A DNA stretch of 64,000 bases from NCBI RefSeq assembly GCF_036321535.1, contig NC_087436.1, positions 60,328,001 to 60,392,000 on the forward strand, in the 5' to 3' direction. Of this stretch, positions 37,801 to 51,850 are shown in pieces (position 1 is the stretch's first letter; every line of letters starts with the position of its first letter). The position numbers and the translations under genes were made by a program. A model generated the notes under the pieces. The model was given only the letters and a program-made list of their open reading frames with translations, was not told the DNA's origin and ran no database searches. This DNA comes from Camelus dromedarius. Lineage: Eukaryota.

Positions 37801-40800
37801 CAATTGCTGAGAAGTTTTGAAACTTTCTCATCAATCCTGATAAAAGGAAATGGTCAGTCTGACTGACATGTTTTGGCAAAACCCTATGGTATAGATTTTG
37901 TGTTATTTCCAAAATCCTATGCAGAATATAAATTATCATAAAATGAAGAAACGGAAGGTGAAAGAATGAAAGGGTCCTCACAGAACCATTAGGGTGTTCA
38001 GGTGTTTTCAATGACTGAGTAAGACAATATCAGTGCTTAGCAAGAACTTCATTGTAATTATACCTGCACATTATTTGAATTTGTTATAAAACATTTGCTC
38101 TGGTTAGTAAGTTATAACGTGTTTATTCAATTATCCAATTCCAATTCCATAATGTTTCATCAATGATTATCAGTGTTATTTGGTTGACCTTGAGAGAGAT
38201 ACCTATACTCATGGGCTAAACTCATAACTGTAACCACAAAACCGGTGTAATGTGGGCTGATCAGGAAAGTAGCATCCTTTACCTAGTGATGTCTGATTCA
38301 GATCAGCCTATGCTTTGTTCTATTATACCTTAAATTTATAGATGTCAGAAATACCTTATTTCTAACATATCTATTAATGGCTATAATAGAAAAAAATTGA
38401 TTTTGTGTGAATAGCTAATCACACTACATCTCTATACTGGCTAGATAAATTTGTTGTGAATTACCATGGGCAGGTTTTATTTAAACTGGTTGATAAAAAA
38501 AATGAATCTGTGTGATATGGAAATACAAGATTATATTTAAATCTAATTAATTGTGGAATTCTGAGAGTTAAAGGATATACTCTTTTAAATTTTTACAATA
38601 TTTCTTCTCCAGAGAGGCATTTGTAATAGCTATCTGGTGCTCTTTATGTAAATTTCTTTTGATTCTTATGCATTCACCTCCCACCTCACTACTTCAGTAC
38701 AACTATCCAATAATTTTGTATCCACTCTTCACAGAACTACTTGATCATTTTTTTTCTATGTTCGTGGACTTTCTGTCCTTGTGACTTTGTTTATCTCATT
38801 CTAATCTGCAACTCATAAAAATTAATTGAGCAGGGGTAACCCTAGAATAGTTTCCTACCACAAAGCCAGCATCAATGTCTTCATCAACAGAAGATATTAC
38901 CGCACAGGTTAGAGAGAGCAGATCTTTACCAATCAAATCAGGGCTGTCCCCTCTAGGTTCTAGCATCACAAAAGCTTGACTCTCCAATTACCCAGAGTCT
39001 GGTCTCAAATAAGCTTTCTTTTTAGGCAGGTTTTCTGTAACAGATCCCATGACCACAGGACTCTCCCTGGGGCAGGAGCAAGCACAAAGGTGCTTTGTCT
39101 TCCTCTTGAACAGGATTCAAGGCAACAGCCCTGGTTTTCTTTGCTTGTAGGTTCTCCAAGCTGTTCAGCATGACAGGAGGAAGCAGAGTGTGTCTGGGGT
39201 CCTCCCACCTGTCACAGCACTCAGAGTCAAGGGGAAGCCAACCTTGGGGTCCCTCATCCCACTTCTGAAGTCCTGCTTACAACTCTTAACTGGAATCATT
39301 AAAAAAGCACGCTTTCCTTTGGGTATATTTGTGTGGTTTCCTTGGTGTGATTTCCTGGTAAGTACATCGAAGAGTAAAGGCACATTATTCGGTCTCAGAG
39401 GAAGGACATGTTTAGGAAATATCAATACATACAAATTAATGTTTCTACAGGTTATAAGAAGAAAAAATGCTTTTTTTCTTTATGTTTTACATATGTAAAC
39501 GTCCTATATAGCTTGTCTTTCTTACAGGACCAACAAATATTGATTGCACTCCTATGAATAAACACGAACAAATGACAATGGGACTGAAACCCCAAGAAGG
39601 AAGTGTGTGTTTTGTCAATGAACTACAGCCTTTAGGAATGATTGCTTTGTTTGTGTACAGTGTGTGTTTCCTTGATTATTTCTGCTACATTAGGCTTTTT
39701 ATCCTCTATCCTTCCAATTTATCTGGCAAAAGTTGCCAAATGCTCTGTGTTTTCCCCTTTGTCATTTTCTGAATTTATGTTTGTCTTACATTTAATTTTC
39801 ATTGTTCATCATGTAGTGCAGTCTTTTTAACTTCTCTTTCTAATTCTGAGGACGTGCTCTTTATAATATTTCTCTCCTGTGTTCATGGTTTTATAATCTT
39901 TCAACGTTTCCTTCTAACTTTTAAGGGTTTTATTCCGTGCTTAGTCACTTTCATCCTTTCCTTCTCTCTTTTTTCATTCTCGTTTTTGGGTTTACATTCC
40001 TAGACTGTGATCCTGCTGGGCAGCCGCCTGTTACAAAACACAGCACAGGAATCTCCCGGGAACCGGCTGTCAAAATTGTCTACTTGGCGATCGGTTACAA
40101 TGCGTGGCAGGTGGTGTGTGACTGATCACTGCTTGAGCAGAAATGTATTAAACTGATATGTGGCCACATTAGCGTCACCTAAACAACTGATTCTAGATAA
40201 TAAAGTAGCCATGGAGCAGAAAAAAATTAGATGAACAAAAAGCAAAATTACCAATGAAATCACATAAAATGATGGGGAGATTTCAAAAGATGAGTCAAAA
40301 TATTCATGTTTTATTATTCTGAGACTTACATTTTCTTGTGCTATGAAATAATTTGGTGTATATATGTGAGACAGCATAGACTATGAATAGACCTGTTTAA
40401 ACTGTGATTCAAAAAATATATTTTCTAATTCACATCCTTGTATTTCTGTTCCTTATTCTCTCTCAATATTCACTATAACGGACCTAGATACTCGACACCA
40501 AAAGCAGTTCACAGGAAAGAAAACATGTGGCATTATGAGAATGGAGTGGGAAGCGATAAAAACAAGTAGGAATGTTCCCAGGATCCTAATGAATCCTGGC
40601 ATCTCATTTAAAGAAAACAGGTCCCTGTAGTATAATGACATGGCATTCTACATTTGGGCCTTAATAAAGTCAGAAACTATTCCTTTGCATATATTGAATA
40701 AAGAGGATCAAGAAATTCAGTTTTGGAAAAGTAACAAAGGAACCATATGAAAAAGAAAATCCTTTTCTAATCATTTATTCTCCTATAAAACCACTAATTA

Positions 40801-40824
40801 TGCTTAATCACAGAAACGTTTGAT

Positions 40825-41510
40825 TAAAAGACAACCAAATGGAAAATAACAGGTGTTTGTGAGATTATGGAGAAATTGGAAACCTCGTACTTTGCTGGGG
40901 GGAATGTAAAATGGTGCAGTCACTGTGATAAACTGTTTGGCAGTTCCTCAAAAACTTAAAAATAGAATTACTGTATGACCCAGCAATTGCATTCCTAGGC
41001 ATATGCTCGAAAATTGAAAACAGGTACCAAAGGAAATACTTGTAAATAAATGTTCACAGCAACTCTGTTTATAATAGCTTAAGGTGGAAACAGTCCAAAT
41101 GTCCATCAACAGATGGATGTATAAATACAATGGATACATATACATACGATGGAATATTTTTAGTTAAAAAAGAAATAAAGTACTGATCTATGCTACAACA
41201 TGGATGAACCTCAAAAATATTACACTAAGTAAAATAAGCCAGATGCAAAAAGTCACATTTTAGCATGATTCCATTTATATGAAATATTCAAAATAGATAA
41301 ATACAGAGTCAGAAAGCAAATTGGTGGTTGCCAGGGGCTGAGGAGAGTATGATTTCTTAGTGGGTACGAGGGTTTTCTTTGGGGTGACAAAAATGTTTTG
41401 AAATCAGATACATATTGGTGTTGTACTACATTGTGAATGTACTAAGTGCTCCTGAATCGTTCACATTTTTACCTGGTTAATTTTATGTTAAGTGAATTTC
41501 ACCTTAATTT
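40825..41510 (+). mobile_element. L1MB-type 3' end (ORF2 end and 3' UTR)
   Basis: tggagaaattggaaacctcgtactttgctgg...gtatgacccagcaattgcattcctaggcatat...gctacaacatggatgaacctcaaaaat...ttgtgaatgtactaa. Confidence 0.9.
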
Positions 41511-43379
41511 TGTTTCAAAGGGAGAGAACCAAGTAAGTCTTTTTTGGCGATCCAAGAGAAAGGTAAAATTTTTCCTGACAATGTGATGAAATACATATTT
41601 TCATAAAGCTTTAATAATCATCTCACATTTGCATGAACAGATGAAATTATAGTTTTATAACTTCAGAAAATTTATTCATCATTTATTTATTTAACAAATA
41701 TTCATAGAGTACCTAGTATATTCTAGTTATATTTTAGTGTCACTTGATTCATCCTTCTGGGGCAATTTTTTTTAATGCAACATTAGCTTTTTGAATAAAA
41801 AGAAATAATCATGCATCTATTTTAAATCTATTTGCATGTAGTCATAGACTTTAAGGGTAATTGTCAAAGAATAATTTACTTAAAAGTTGAATAAAATTGG
41901 AACTAGAATCCAGTCCATCATGTCTGCTTCCCTTTTTCCTTCCCACAGTTTTTCCTTTTCTTACTTCCTTTTTATTTCAAAATTATTAAATCAGGTATAT
42001 GAGAATATTCTTAAATGATAGCTACAGAAGTTTAAAACATTATGGTTTTGATATGCTATATAGTATACTTGAACATAGCTGTGTGTGTATTTTAAAGATG
42101 TTTCTTTTTTCTCTCCTTAGAAGACCAATGATTTTCTGATTTATTTAGAGCAGAGTTCCGTTTTTAAACTTAATCTCATGTAGAAGCTCAATATAGAAAA
42201 CAGATAAAACTGGAGTTGATCGCTTTGAAGCTGCCTCTCCTTTGCCCTTCTGCAAGTAGCCTCTGACCTTGGAACACAGTTTGAAAACCGTTACTTCAAC
42301 TAGTTCAATATATTTAATGACATTTCTTGTTTCCCTATTTCTATATAATTTGTTGGGCCTGTTACTACAAGAAAGGAACAAATTGGGTATTTTCAGTAAT
42401 ACATGGACTCAGGGATTCCTCCAGAATGCATTTAGTAAATTACTTCTAGTGAAGTAATTTGTACTTTAGTAGGCTGAAAGAGATCATGAAATTCAGAATT
42501 AAAAACAGCCTATGTCTCATTCAATTCTTTCTGTTGGGTTCGGGGCATTCTGTACAGTTTGGGTTTTTAAGGTTGTTTTTGTTTGTTCGTTTTGTTTTCT
42601 TTCCTATTCTCATCAGACTAGGTCAGGGATCACATATTATTGGTCCCTCTCCCTAATTTTTTATTATTAACCTTGCAAAACATCTGCCAGCTATATCTTC
42701 ATCTAGGCACACATGACTTCAAAACTCATCCTTGGGAAACGACCAGACAAAACATAATTAATTACAGCCATAAGAGGTAAGGACTGCATTCATCGATCTA
42801 ATTACAGCCACCAGGAAGAATTCATTCTAGCATCTCCATAGGGGCTGGAGGAAGACAAAAATTGAGTTTACTGTAGCTGCTTGTGTGATAATGTATCAAG
42901 TGGCCTATTGAGACAACTGTGTACTAATTAGGAATTCAGGAGCTGACCAACATCTACCCCTATGGAGTCCTAAGACATCTATCTTCTGCAAGCATCAGAG
43001 ACTGCTGCTCTTTCCGCAAATTAGTAGAGACCAGGAAATTACAAATGACATTACTTGCTGCCCACCTGTGCTGTGATTTAGTTGTGAGTCCCATGATTCA
43101 ACACAGAATGTGTACTTTTGGAGAGGTCTAAGTCCTTCTGCCTCCCTGCTCCCTTTCCTCACCCCACCAGCAGCACACAACTTTGACTAATAATTCTGGA
43201 AAGTATCCATACTATCCTCTATGCACCACATCCTCTTCGACTGCCCAGCTTCTTTCTTGCCAATATCCATAATAGCCTTATCCTATTCTCTTTTTATTAC
43301 TCAGTTTTGCCAACTCAGCTACCTTTATCCCTCCTTTCTTTTCATAGAGTGCCCGGATTAATGGAAACAAAGAAGTTCA

Positions 43380-44390
43380 TACTTAGATACATAGTGAATA
43401 TGCAGAACACTCTGGAAAGAGAAACTTCTGTAAGCTTCCAGAGAGGAAAAGAAAACCAAAAAAAGGAGGGACACTAATAAAGCTTAAGGGTCAAAACAAC
43501 TTTGAATTTCTTCGTGGTCACGTTGAGAGCCAACAAGATCATGGGTCACATGCTAAGACTGCTGAAGGGTAGTTGTTTTAAATTGAGAATTTAAAACTAA
43601 ACCACACTCAATCAAGGATGAGGATAGAATAAAGATACATTAGTCATGCAGGGCAGCAAGGAATTACGCCCCTTGCATTCTTTCTACAAATGCTGGAGAA
43701 TTTGATCCATTGAAACAAAGGACTAAGACAAGAAAGAGGAAAACACTGAATAGATTCTGTTTGGAAAGACATGGAAGAAATCTCCAGTATGGAAGTTCAA
43801 AGAGTCCCTGGATGGCAGCTGTGCATCAGGCCAAGAGGACAATGAGACAAGATTGGAGTCAAAAAAAAAGAAACTGACAGAATGACTCATAAATCTGATC
43901 ATTTAGGAGATTTAAATAATTGGCAAAGGATTTGGGATTCAATTAGTAAAGAATACAGTGAAAACTAAGCAAACAAATGATTAACTCCAGAGAAAACGCA
44001 TCTGTACCTAACATTTGCATAATCAACATAATGTAAACAAAAATATTGATCTAATCAAACAAATGACACAGCTCTATTGGGAGGTTTTGTGATGGGAGGG
44101 TTGTGTATTTGTGGGGCTCATCTTCCACAGTAGCAAGTGATCAAATGATTGCTAAAACTGAAATATCAAAAAGTAGGAATACAGACATGTTTATGAAAAT
44201 CATGAAGTTAAATGCCACAGTAATCAGCTAGAAGTGGTGAACATCATACCCATGAGAAGGAGGAATGTGGGAAAGGCATCCAGGGATTGCTGCTTCATCG
44301 TTATCAAACTTAATGCACTTAGTTCTTTTTAAAATTTCTGTACATGTAAAATTTTAATAAAAATGAAAGGAAAATACAATAAAAACAAAA
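43380..44390 (+). mobile_element. HAL1 (half-L1) element, degenerate
   Basis: ORF1-like segment then ctggagaatttgatccattgaaacaaaggactaagacaagaaagaggaaaacact and ggatggcagctgtgcatcaggccaagag...agattggag, both HAL1-like; A-rich 3' end. Confidence 0.7.
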
Positions 44391-44409
44391 CCTGAACAAA
44401 GACTAATGA

Positions 44410-44910
44410 GGTCTAACCCCTGTAAGTCATAGAACTTTCAGTCTAGTAAGGGAAACGGATAAATAATAAGCACATAAATAGAATAATGGAGTAATTTCTG
44501 GAAAGCGCTAAGAAGGAAGCAAGCAGGGTAACTGACAGAATAACGGGGGAGGTTTCTTCCTTCCTTGGGTGGTCAGGGACAATTTCTCTAAAGAGGTAAA
44601 ATGTAAGTTGAAATCAGAATAAAAAGCCATACATGGGAATAGCTGGAGGTGGGGTTGTAGGAATGTTCTGTGCAGAAAGAAATGTCGATTAGGAAACTAA
44701 GGCAGGGAAAACTTGACATTTTAGAGAAACTGAGGAAAATCTTGAGTGTGAATTAGGCATGTGATGGAGAGTTTGAGATGAGTCTGGAGAAAAAGAAAGG
44801 TGCTAGATTAGGCATAGATTTCATTTATAAAGATATATTTAGAATGTTTAAGCAAGCAAGTAAACTTATCTAGAGATCAGCTTAGCTGCCTTGTGGAGAA
44901 TGGTTTGAAA
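44410..44910 (-). mobile_element. L2 LINE fragment
   Basis: gggtggtcagggacaatttctctaaagaggt...agatcagcttagctgccttgtggagaatgg reverse L2. Confidence 0.65.
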
Positions 44911-45283
44911 TTAGTGGCTTTCAAAAACAGAAAATTATTGTCACAGTTCTGGAGGTCAGGAGTCTAAAATCAGTATTATGGGCCAAAATAATGTGTCAGC
45001 AGGGCCATGCTCCATCTAGAGAATTTAGGGAAGGATCTGTTCCTTGGAAGGGCTCTGGCGTTCCTCGCTTGTGGCTGCATCACTCCATGGTCTCACTGCC
45101 TTTTCCTCTTCTGTATCAAATATCCCTCTGCCTCCTTCTTGTAAAGACACTGTGATTACATTTAGGGCCCACAGATAGTCCAACACAATCTCCCAATCTC
45201 AGGATCCTTACCTTAAGCACATCTGCCATATGGATTCCAGGGGTTATGTCTGGGGGAGAGGAGCATCGTTTGACTTACCACAC
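44911..45283 (-). mobile_element. MLT1C/D-like MaLR LTR
   Basis: tcacagttctggaggtcaggagtctaaaatc...gtgtcagcagggccatgctcc...tgattacatttagggccca...ttaccaca. Confidence 0.85.
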
Positions 45284-46384
45284 GTCCTCAGAGATCATCA
45301 AATGTAACTGTCATTTTTGATGAGGGAAAAGATGCAGAGTTGACGTGAACTGCTAAGACTTACCTAATAACACACAGGGCTGAAGCCAGGTGCCAGCCTC
45401 TTGCTGAGGAAATCTCACATTAAATTAGAAGCAGAATTTTCTGATTTTGTGTAGGCAAACTAGAGGTCCATGAATTATAGAAACTGAGAACCAAAAATTC
45501 AAAATGAAATCATGAATTTTGTGTTTTTATTTGGATGATAACCCTAAAAATTGTTTTTAAGAGTTATACAGGTGAAATTTATCATTTATAGTGAAATCCA
45601 TAATTTAAAATGTTTTGTTAGATTAAGAATTTAGTGTCTTCAATTAGTTTCTCAACTGCGAAGTGTGGACAATCTTCCTGAGGGTTCCAGAAAGTTTTCT
45701 TCCTTTAAAGAAACAGTGTTTGAAAACAGTGGTATACAACAGTGTGTCAGTGCATTAATCATTCAGATAATTAAACATTATTTCCCTTGGTCACCTGGAG
45801 AGATAGAAATAAGCATTGTGTGTACAAGATCCTTCCTGTTGAAGGAGCAAGGAAGGAGAGCAGGGTTTTCACGCTTCCAAACCATTTTTAACAAACACAT
45901 CAATACACTATGTTCCATTTTATTTGTATATTTGTTTCACACATGAGGTTTCCTAGCCAAAGGGAGAAATAAAGATAAAAACAATGTCTTGGATGATTAC
46001 ATCATACCACAGAGGGTGCTGGAATGATAAAATTGCTGTTGTCAATCATCACTGCAAACTTTTCCAAGTGTCACATCAGTCCAATTAGGTGAAAAACTGT
46101 ATAATATAAGAGGAAAACATTCAAATTCAAGTTGTTTACTTGACAGACACTCAAAGTTGTCACAGGGAGGGATGAAGAGATAATATTGTCATATCGTCAA
46201 AATATATGGGTCAGCCCTAAGGCTGTTTGGAACTCTCATTTGTAAATACCTATTGAAGAAATTTTCCACTTACTAATGTGTTCAGCCCCACCATACTTTG
46301 TCTGAAAAATGAGCTTAACAAATAACATATTCTGAGTCTCACTTTATGATTTTGTTCTCCAGAATATCCTTTAGAGGTACCCCC

Positions 46385-47592
46385 TTGTGGACTGCGTGAG
46401 GCCTTCTGTTGTAGTGGGCTGACTACTGTGGGTGGTCCAGAAGGCATGGCTGGCCCCTAGTCCTGTTGGTTGCCAGACTCTGCTTTGTGTGGAGGCTGCC
46501 AGCCACTGGTTGGAGGGGCTGGGTCACAAAGTGGTTGCTGCAAAACCCCAGGGATGGGGGGAGTGGGTCCCAGGGCTAGTGCTGGCACATTGGTTGGTAG
46601 AGTCAGAATCCAAGAGATCCTACAGTTGATGTCCGCCCACAGGTGGGTGAAGCCAGGTTCTGGGGCTGGTGCTGGCCCATTGGCAGGCAGAGCTGCATCC
46701 TGGGCCCTGGCTGCAGGATCCTGGGGTCCCAGAACTGGTGTCAGACCACTGGTGGGTGGAGGTAGTTCCTGGCACAGCTAGCTGTGGGGTTTGGGATGTC
46801 CAGAAGCTTTCGTTGATCTATTGGTGGGTGTGGTCAGGGCCCATCCAGCCCAATGGCTGGTGTTGGCCTGCTGGTGGCTGGGCTGGGTTCTGCTTTAGCA
46901 GGATGTGGAGTTGTGGTGGTCCTGGGGCTGGTGTCCGGAGGTGGGGCTGGGTCCTGTGGCCAATAAGCTGGAGGGACAACTCCAAAATGGTGTATGCCAA
47001 TACCAGCATCTATGTGGTAGAACGAGCTCCCCCAGATGGCTGCCACCAGCGTCTGTGTCCCTGGGGTGAGCTCCAGTGGCCTGTCTCTGGGGGAGACTCT
47101 CCAAGGTCAGCAGGTAGGTCTGTCCCAGGCTCCTATCAAATTATGCTTCTGCCAGGGTTCCTGGAGCGTGTGAGATCTTGTGTGTACCCTTTAAGAGTGG
47201 AGTCTGTATTTCCCACAGCCCTCTTGGTCTCCCTAAAGCAAGCCCCACTGATCTTCAAAGCCAAACATTGTGGGGGCCCATCTTCCTGGTGCAGGACCAC
47301 CAGGCTGGGGAGCCTGATGTAGAGCTCAGACCCCTGGCTCCTTGAGGAGGACCTCTGCAATTGTAATTATTCTTTTATTTGTGGGTCACCTGCCCAAGGG
47401 TCTTGACTGTACTTTGACTCTGCCCCTCCTACTCATCTCCCTGTGGTTCCTTCTTTATATCCTTAGTTTAGAAGATCTTTTCTGGTAGGTTCTGGCCTTT
47501 TTCATCAATAGTTGTTCTGTAAATGGCTGTAATTTTGCTGTACCTGTGAGAGGAGGTGAACTCAGGGTCTTTCTACATCACCATCTTGGGAA
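46385..47592 (-). mobile_element. Isolated L1 5' UTR (laurasiatherian/artiodactyl type) without ORF1/ORF2
   Basis: GC-rich block with degenerate tandem motifs (ggctggtgctggcccattggcaggcagag variants). The right end reads ccaagatggtgatgtagaaagaccctgagttcacctcctc on the minus strand, the typical L1 5' start with a CpG-decayed YY1 site. Confidence 0.8.
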
Positions 47593-47829
47593 CACTTTCC
47601 AAACATTAATTTTAATATCAAAATATCAGATTTTTTTCTATTATGATCAGGCTTATATAACCATTTTAAATACTTGATTTTAATCACAAAATCAACCAGT
47701 TGTATAAATTTAAATAACGGTTTAGAAAAACCTGGTTTATTAAATAACATCAACCTTAAAATAATGAATCTTCAGATGCAGAGCCCAAACAGAATTGATT
47801 CACAATTATTTTAATGAGAGTTATGTATT

Positions 47830-48030
47830 AGTGTAGCATAGTAGGTAAAAGAGTGGATTTTGGCATCAGACATGATTCATCTTTTCCCTGACATCTAGTT
47901 CAGATTAGTGAATAGTCTAAAATTTATGAGTCTCTCAATAACTTCTTATGTAAAATAGGGGCAATACTGCCTAGCTGGTAGGCTCATTTTGAGTTTTAAA
48001 TTGTTATTGTATATAAGATCCCTTAATATG
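47830..48030 (+). mobile_element. MIR SINE
   Basis: gtgtagcatagtaggtaaaagagtggattttggcatcagac...tgtaaaataggggcaatactgcct. Confidence 0.7.
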
Positions 48031-48997
48031 TTATTCTAAGATCTCACTTTTGTAAGATTTTAAAGAAATAAAGTACCAAAATATTTTAAACCTGCACTGT
48101 AGTACAATCCAGTGAAGTTTCCTGCTGTCACTAAATATATGAATCAAAATGTCCCTGTAGCTGTGGAATAAATACAATTCATATGAAAATGAGAATTATA
48201 AAGCACCATTCAGGTTATGGAGTGATCCTCACAATTTTACTTAAAAAATGACACTCAGGTACTTAATCAATTTTTAAACTGCTGTTTGAGAGGTGAAAAA
48301 TAAACTCATATATTATCAACATAATAATGTCAACTGAAACTGTACTTCAGAGTGATAGTCTTGGAAGGAAAATATAAATTAGATTTTAACAATTCTGGAG
48401 TCACCTTTACTCAAGAATTAAATCACATGGGTCTTAATGGAATGTTTAAAATGAATGGGGAAATGCTCGGCAATATTAACAGTAAGGTGTCACATATATA
48501 CAGTATATACTGCATGAGCAAAGCATAAGCCTTATTTAAGGAAAAGCATATGCTCTGTAAGAATGTGAGGACCCATGATCAAGTGTGTCAAATAGACAGG
48601 TCCAACAGTGTGGAAGTTGGCAACATGCTGTTACCAGCATACATGAGCAAATGATTGGTACAGTCCTTTGAAAGAGGCCACCACCATGCTGTGGGACGAT
48701 CAAAACACAAACAGAAATTTCTCATTAAGGTTGTTAGGTTGGAGGCAATTCTGTAAGTGTGTTGTCAGAACTTTTTAAAATGTGCTTGGCTAGAGAAGCC
48801 AAATTGCTTGGTAGCAAAGTAGAATTATATATTCCCCACAAGCTATCTATGAGGAATGATCTCTGCATTCTATTTTTTTTTCAGTTCACAGTTAGTGTTT
48901 TCCAATATAGACAAAAACTTCTAAAAATTTACTTGCTGACATAAGTCAATTATATTGATCTTAATATTGTTTCTTCCAAGGGAATTCACCCTGTTGA

Positions 48998-49223
48998 TCT
49001 ATATCTATCTATTTATAGATAGAAATAAGATATAAATGATATAGACATATATTTAATGTTATCAAACCCTTTTAATGATATATAACTAAATATGTAATAT
49101 AAATATTAATGTTTATATTTATATGTTGATTATTATATATTAATGTATATGTGTTATATGTAATTAATATGCACATGTATATGGTTATATAATAATTATA
49201 TGAAAAATTGTATATAACATACA
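48998..49223. repeat. AT-rich low-complexity, degenerate (TA)n region
   Basis: Directly visible; almost only A/T. Confidence 0.85.
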
Positions 49224-49579
49224 TGTATTAGTTTGCTAGGGCTGTCATGACAAAATTTCACATACTTAAGCATGAGAAATTTATTTCATCTGGAGGCATG
49301 AAGTCTAAGATCAAGATGTTCTCAGGTTCGGTTTCATCTGAGGTCTCTCCTATAGGCTTGCAGTCGGCCCCCTTCTTGCTGCGTCCTCATGTGGTCTTTC
49401 CTCCGGGCATGTGCTTCTCTTATTTTAAAGACATCAGTCAGTGGATTAAGGTCCACCCTGAAGATCTCATTTTAACTTACTCACCTCTTAAAGAGCTTAT
49501 CTCCAAATACATTTTAAGGTACTGAGGGTTATGACTGCAACATATGAATTTGGAGGGGGGCACAATTCAGCCGATAATG
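49224..49579 (-). mobile_element. MLT1A0-like MaLR solo LTR
   Basis: tgtattagtttgctagggctg...aagtctaagatcaagatg...caacatatgaatttggaggggg.cacaattcagcc; near-TSD ataca/atacc. Confidence 0.88.
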
Positions 49580-51619
49580 ATACCTCTTATGCTAATTATG
49601 TACCTAACAACATAATTAATAGAGTTTGATTATAGTTTATAAGTTTCTCATTAATTTAGTTCAGTGTTGCATTCTCATTTATAGAATATCCTAAGGTGAA
49701 ATGGCTCTAAATTCATTTTGGGTCTCAGCTGCTACAACAGTGGGGAAAGATGCCTACAGTCCTATCTGAAATGATACTTGAGTGACACTTCCAGGAAACT
49801 GTAAGTGTTGAGGGGTGGACATTGACAATCTCAATGTCAAAAACCTGACACCTCTGACAATTCCTGTTAGGCACAGCTCCTGAGCATCCTACCATATGGT
49901 GTTTGAATTGGTCCTTGGAGCACAGCATTCCCTTCTGGGTGTGAGAATCTAAAAGAGGCTTTGACAAGCAGCAGCAAGAACACAGACACTATCGTCTACA
50001 TGACTCTACACGACAGGACTAAACTAACTTGTGAGAATAACAAGAAAATGTGTTTTACCTCAATATTGGGAATAATATATGTGCCTCAAAATAGAATGGG
50101 CTTCTCATTACGTAGTTAACCCCTGGTCCAATAAAGTATCCACAGGCAGGATAATCCTCAGACCAGCATCTATGAAATATTCTTCTCTTTCAATTTCTAC
50201 TATTAATGTAACTGGATCTAACCTGTGCGGGTAACGCTGACTGATTCCTCCCAGAGAAAATAAACCCCAGATAAGTGAAAAGCTTACATCTGATAGCATC
50301 AGAGTTTCTGGAAGTTCAAAGGCTATAAAATGTAATAGCATAGTTACTATCTTCTTCCCCTTCAGCTTTTTAATATTTTGAGGATTTTTAATTGTAAAAT
50401 TAATTAAGTAATTTTAAAAATCAACAAGAGAATTACTTTTTAGTAATTTTTTGTATGATGCTATTATGTTCTCTTCAGTATAAAAGCAGATATGTGCTGA
50501 TGTATTATTTTTTTTTTAAGAGAATTAACTGTGAAGTCCATTGTGTGGCTTAAGAGCTATGATAGCCTAGTATAACATACAAACAGATTTTTTGGAATAA
50601 TCTTGACATCCTCTGATTGGACATTTTCTCTTTGTTTTGTCTCTCAATTCATGACAAATCAAATAACTAAACCAAAGTAACTGGAGAAAGTTTTATTCCC
50701 AATGATTTAGAAAGGACTCTGCGTGGGGAGCTCTGTCCACAAGAGAAGCAGACCTAAGAGGGAAGAAGATGGGGTATGAGGAGTGAGAGGAGAGACTGAG
50801 TTACATTTCCCAGGGTTTTGTGCACCTTGTATAGAATCATGAGTTCAGAAGTTAGGTTTAGCTTGAGGGGAACCAATACTAGGAGAAAGGGAAATGGATC
50901 TGACACCTGCATTCGCGGTGTGAGATTCACACTGCTACATCTAGCAAGTTATTTGATCCTTCTCACTCATATTTGATATAAAGTTGAATTTTTTCCCTAA
51001 CATTCTGATACAGTAAGTGAACAAACAAACAAATATTGTCTTTCCTCAAAATCAGAGGTATATAATAAAAATATTTTAAAGGTATAAACATTCACATTAT
51101 AGTTCATGTCTATGTTATTATTTTCAACTCTAAATGAAACAAGAGTTTTACTTGCTTTATACAACAGCATAAAGTGGAATTCTGAATTTCAGAAAATAAT
51201 TTCCTATTACATCTTCCTCTCATTTTGAGTATCCAGCATTTTCCCAAAACACAGAATGTCTGCTTTCCTAGAGGTTAATAATACATAAACATAAAACGGG
51301 CAATCCAGATTGCAAAATTTTCTCTCAGTGTTTTTTTTCAATATTTCAACTTTTCAGATGTATATGTATATGACAAAAGAAACTGTATCTTTTGTTAATA
51401 TGTTGTCAAGTCTCACCTTATGAATTTTCTGAGAATCTCAGAATCTCTTTGAGATTAGGAACAAATATTTTGTTAGATAATAAATTGAGGTGTACAGCTC
51501 TGAGCAACACTGTACTGATGCACAGAAAGTTTTTTTTTTATCACTTTTTTAACTTTGAGATTATTTCAATTATTTTTTGTCATCACTTTTAAGTGAAATT
51601 CCAGAAACCCCAATAGTGA

Positions 51620-51850
51620 ATACCTCAAGAGTACTGATTATGCCCCAGTTAGTATTCTAAATGCTGTATGTCTATTAGTTTAATCTCTGCACCAACCTTA
51701 TGACGTAAATATTATTACCACTAATTTTACAAAAGATGTAACTGAGGCTCAGAGAGATTAAGTAACTAACCTTAGGTCACACAGCAAGTAAGTAGCAGAG
51801 CCAGGATTTGAGCTAAGTAATCTTGCTTATAACCACTATGCATTCCACAT
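51620..51850 (-). mobile_element. MIR SINE
   Basis: aactgaggctcagagagattaagtaactaaccttaggtcacacagcaagtaagtagcagagccaggatttga. Confidence 0.88.

Noticed and set aside
42834..42967. Perfect 11-bp inverted repeat ctccatagggg / cccctatggag, plus nearby direct repeat taattacagcca
   Set aside because: The interior does not pair and there is no TSD; an 11-bp match at this spacing is expected by chance in 64 kb.
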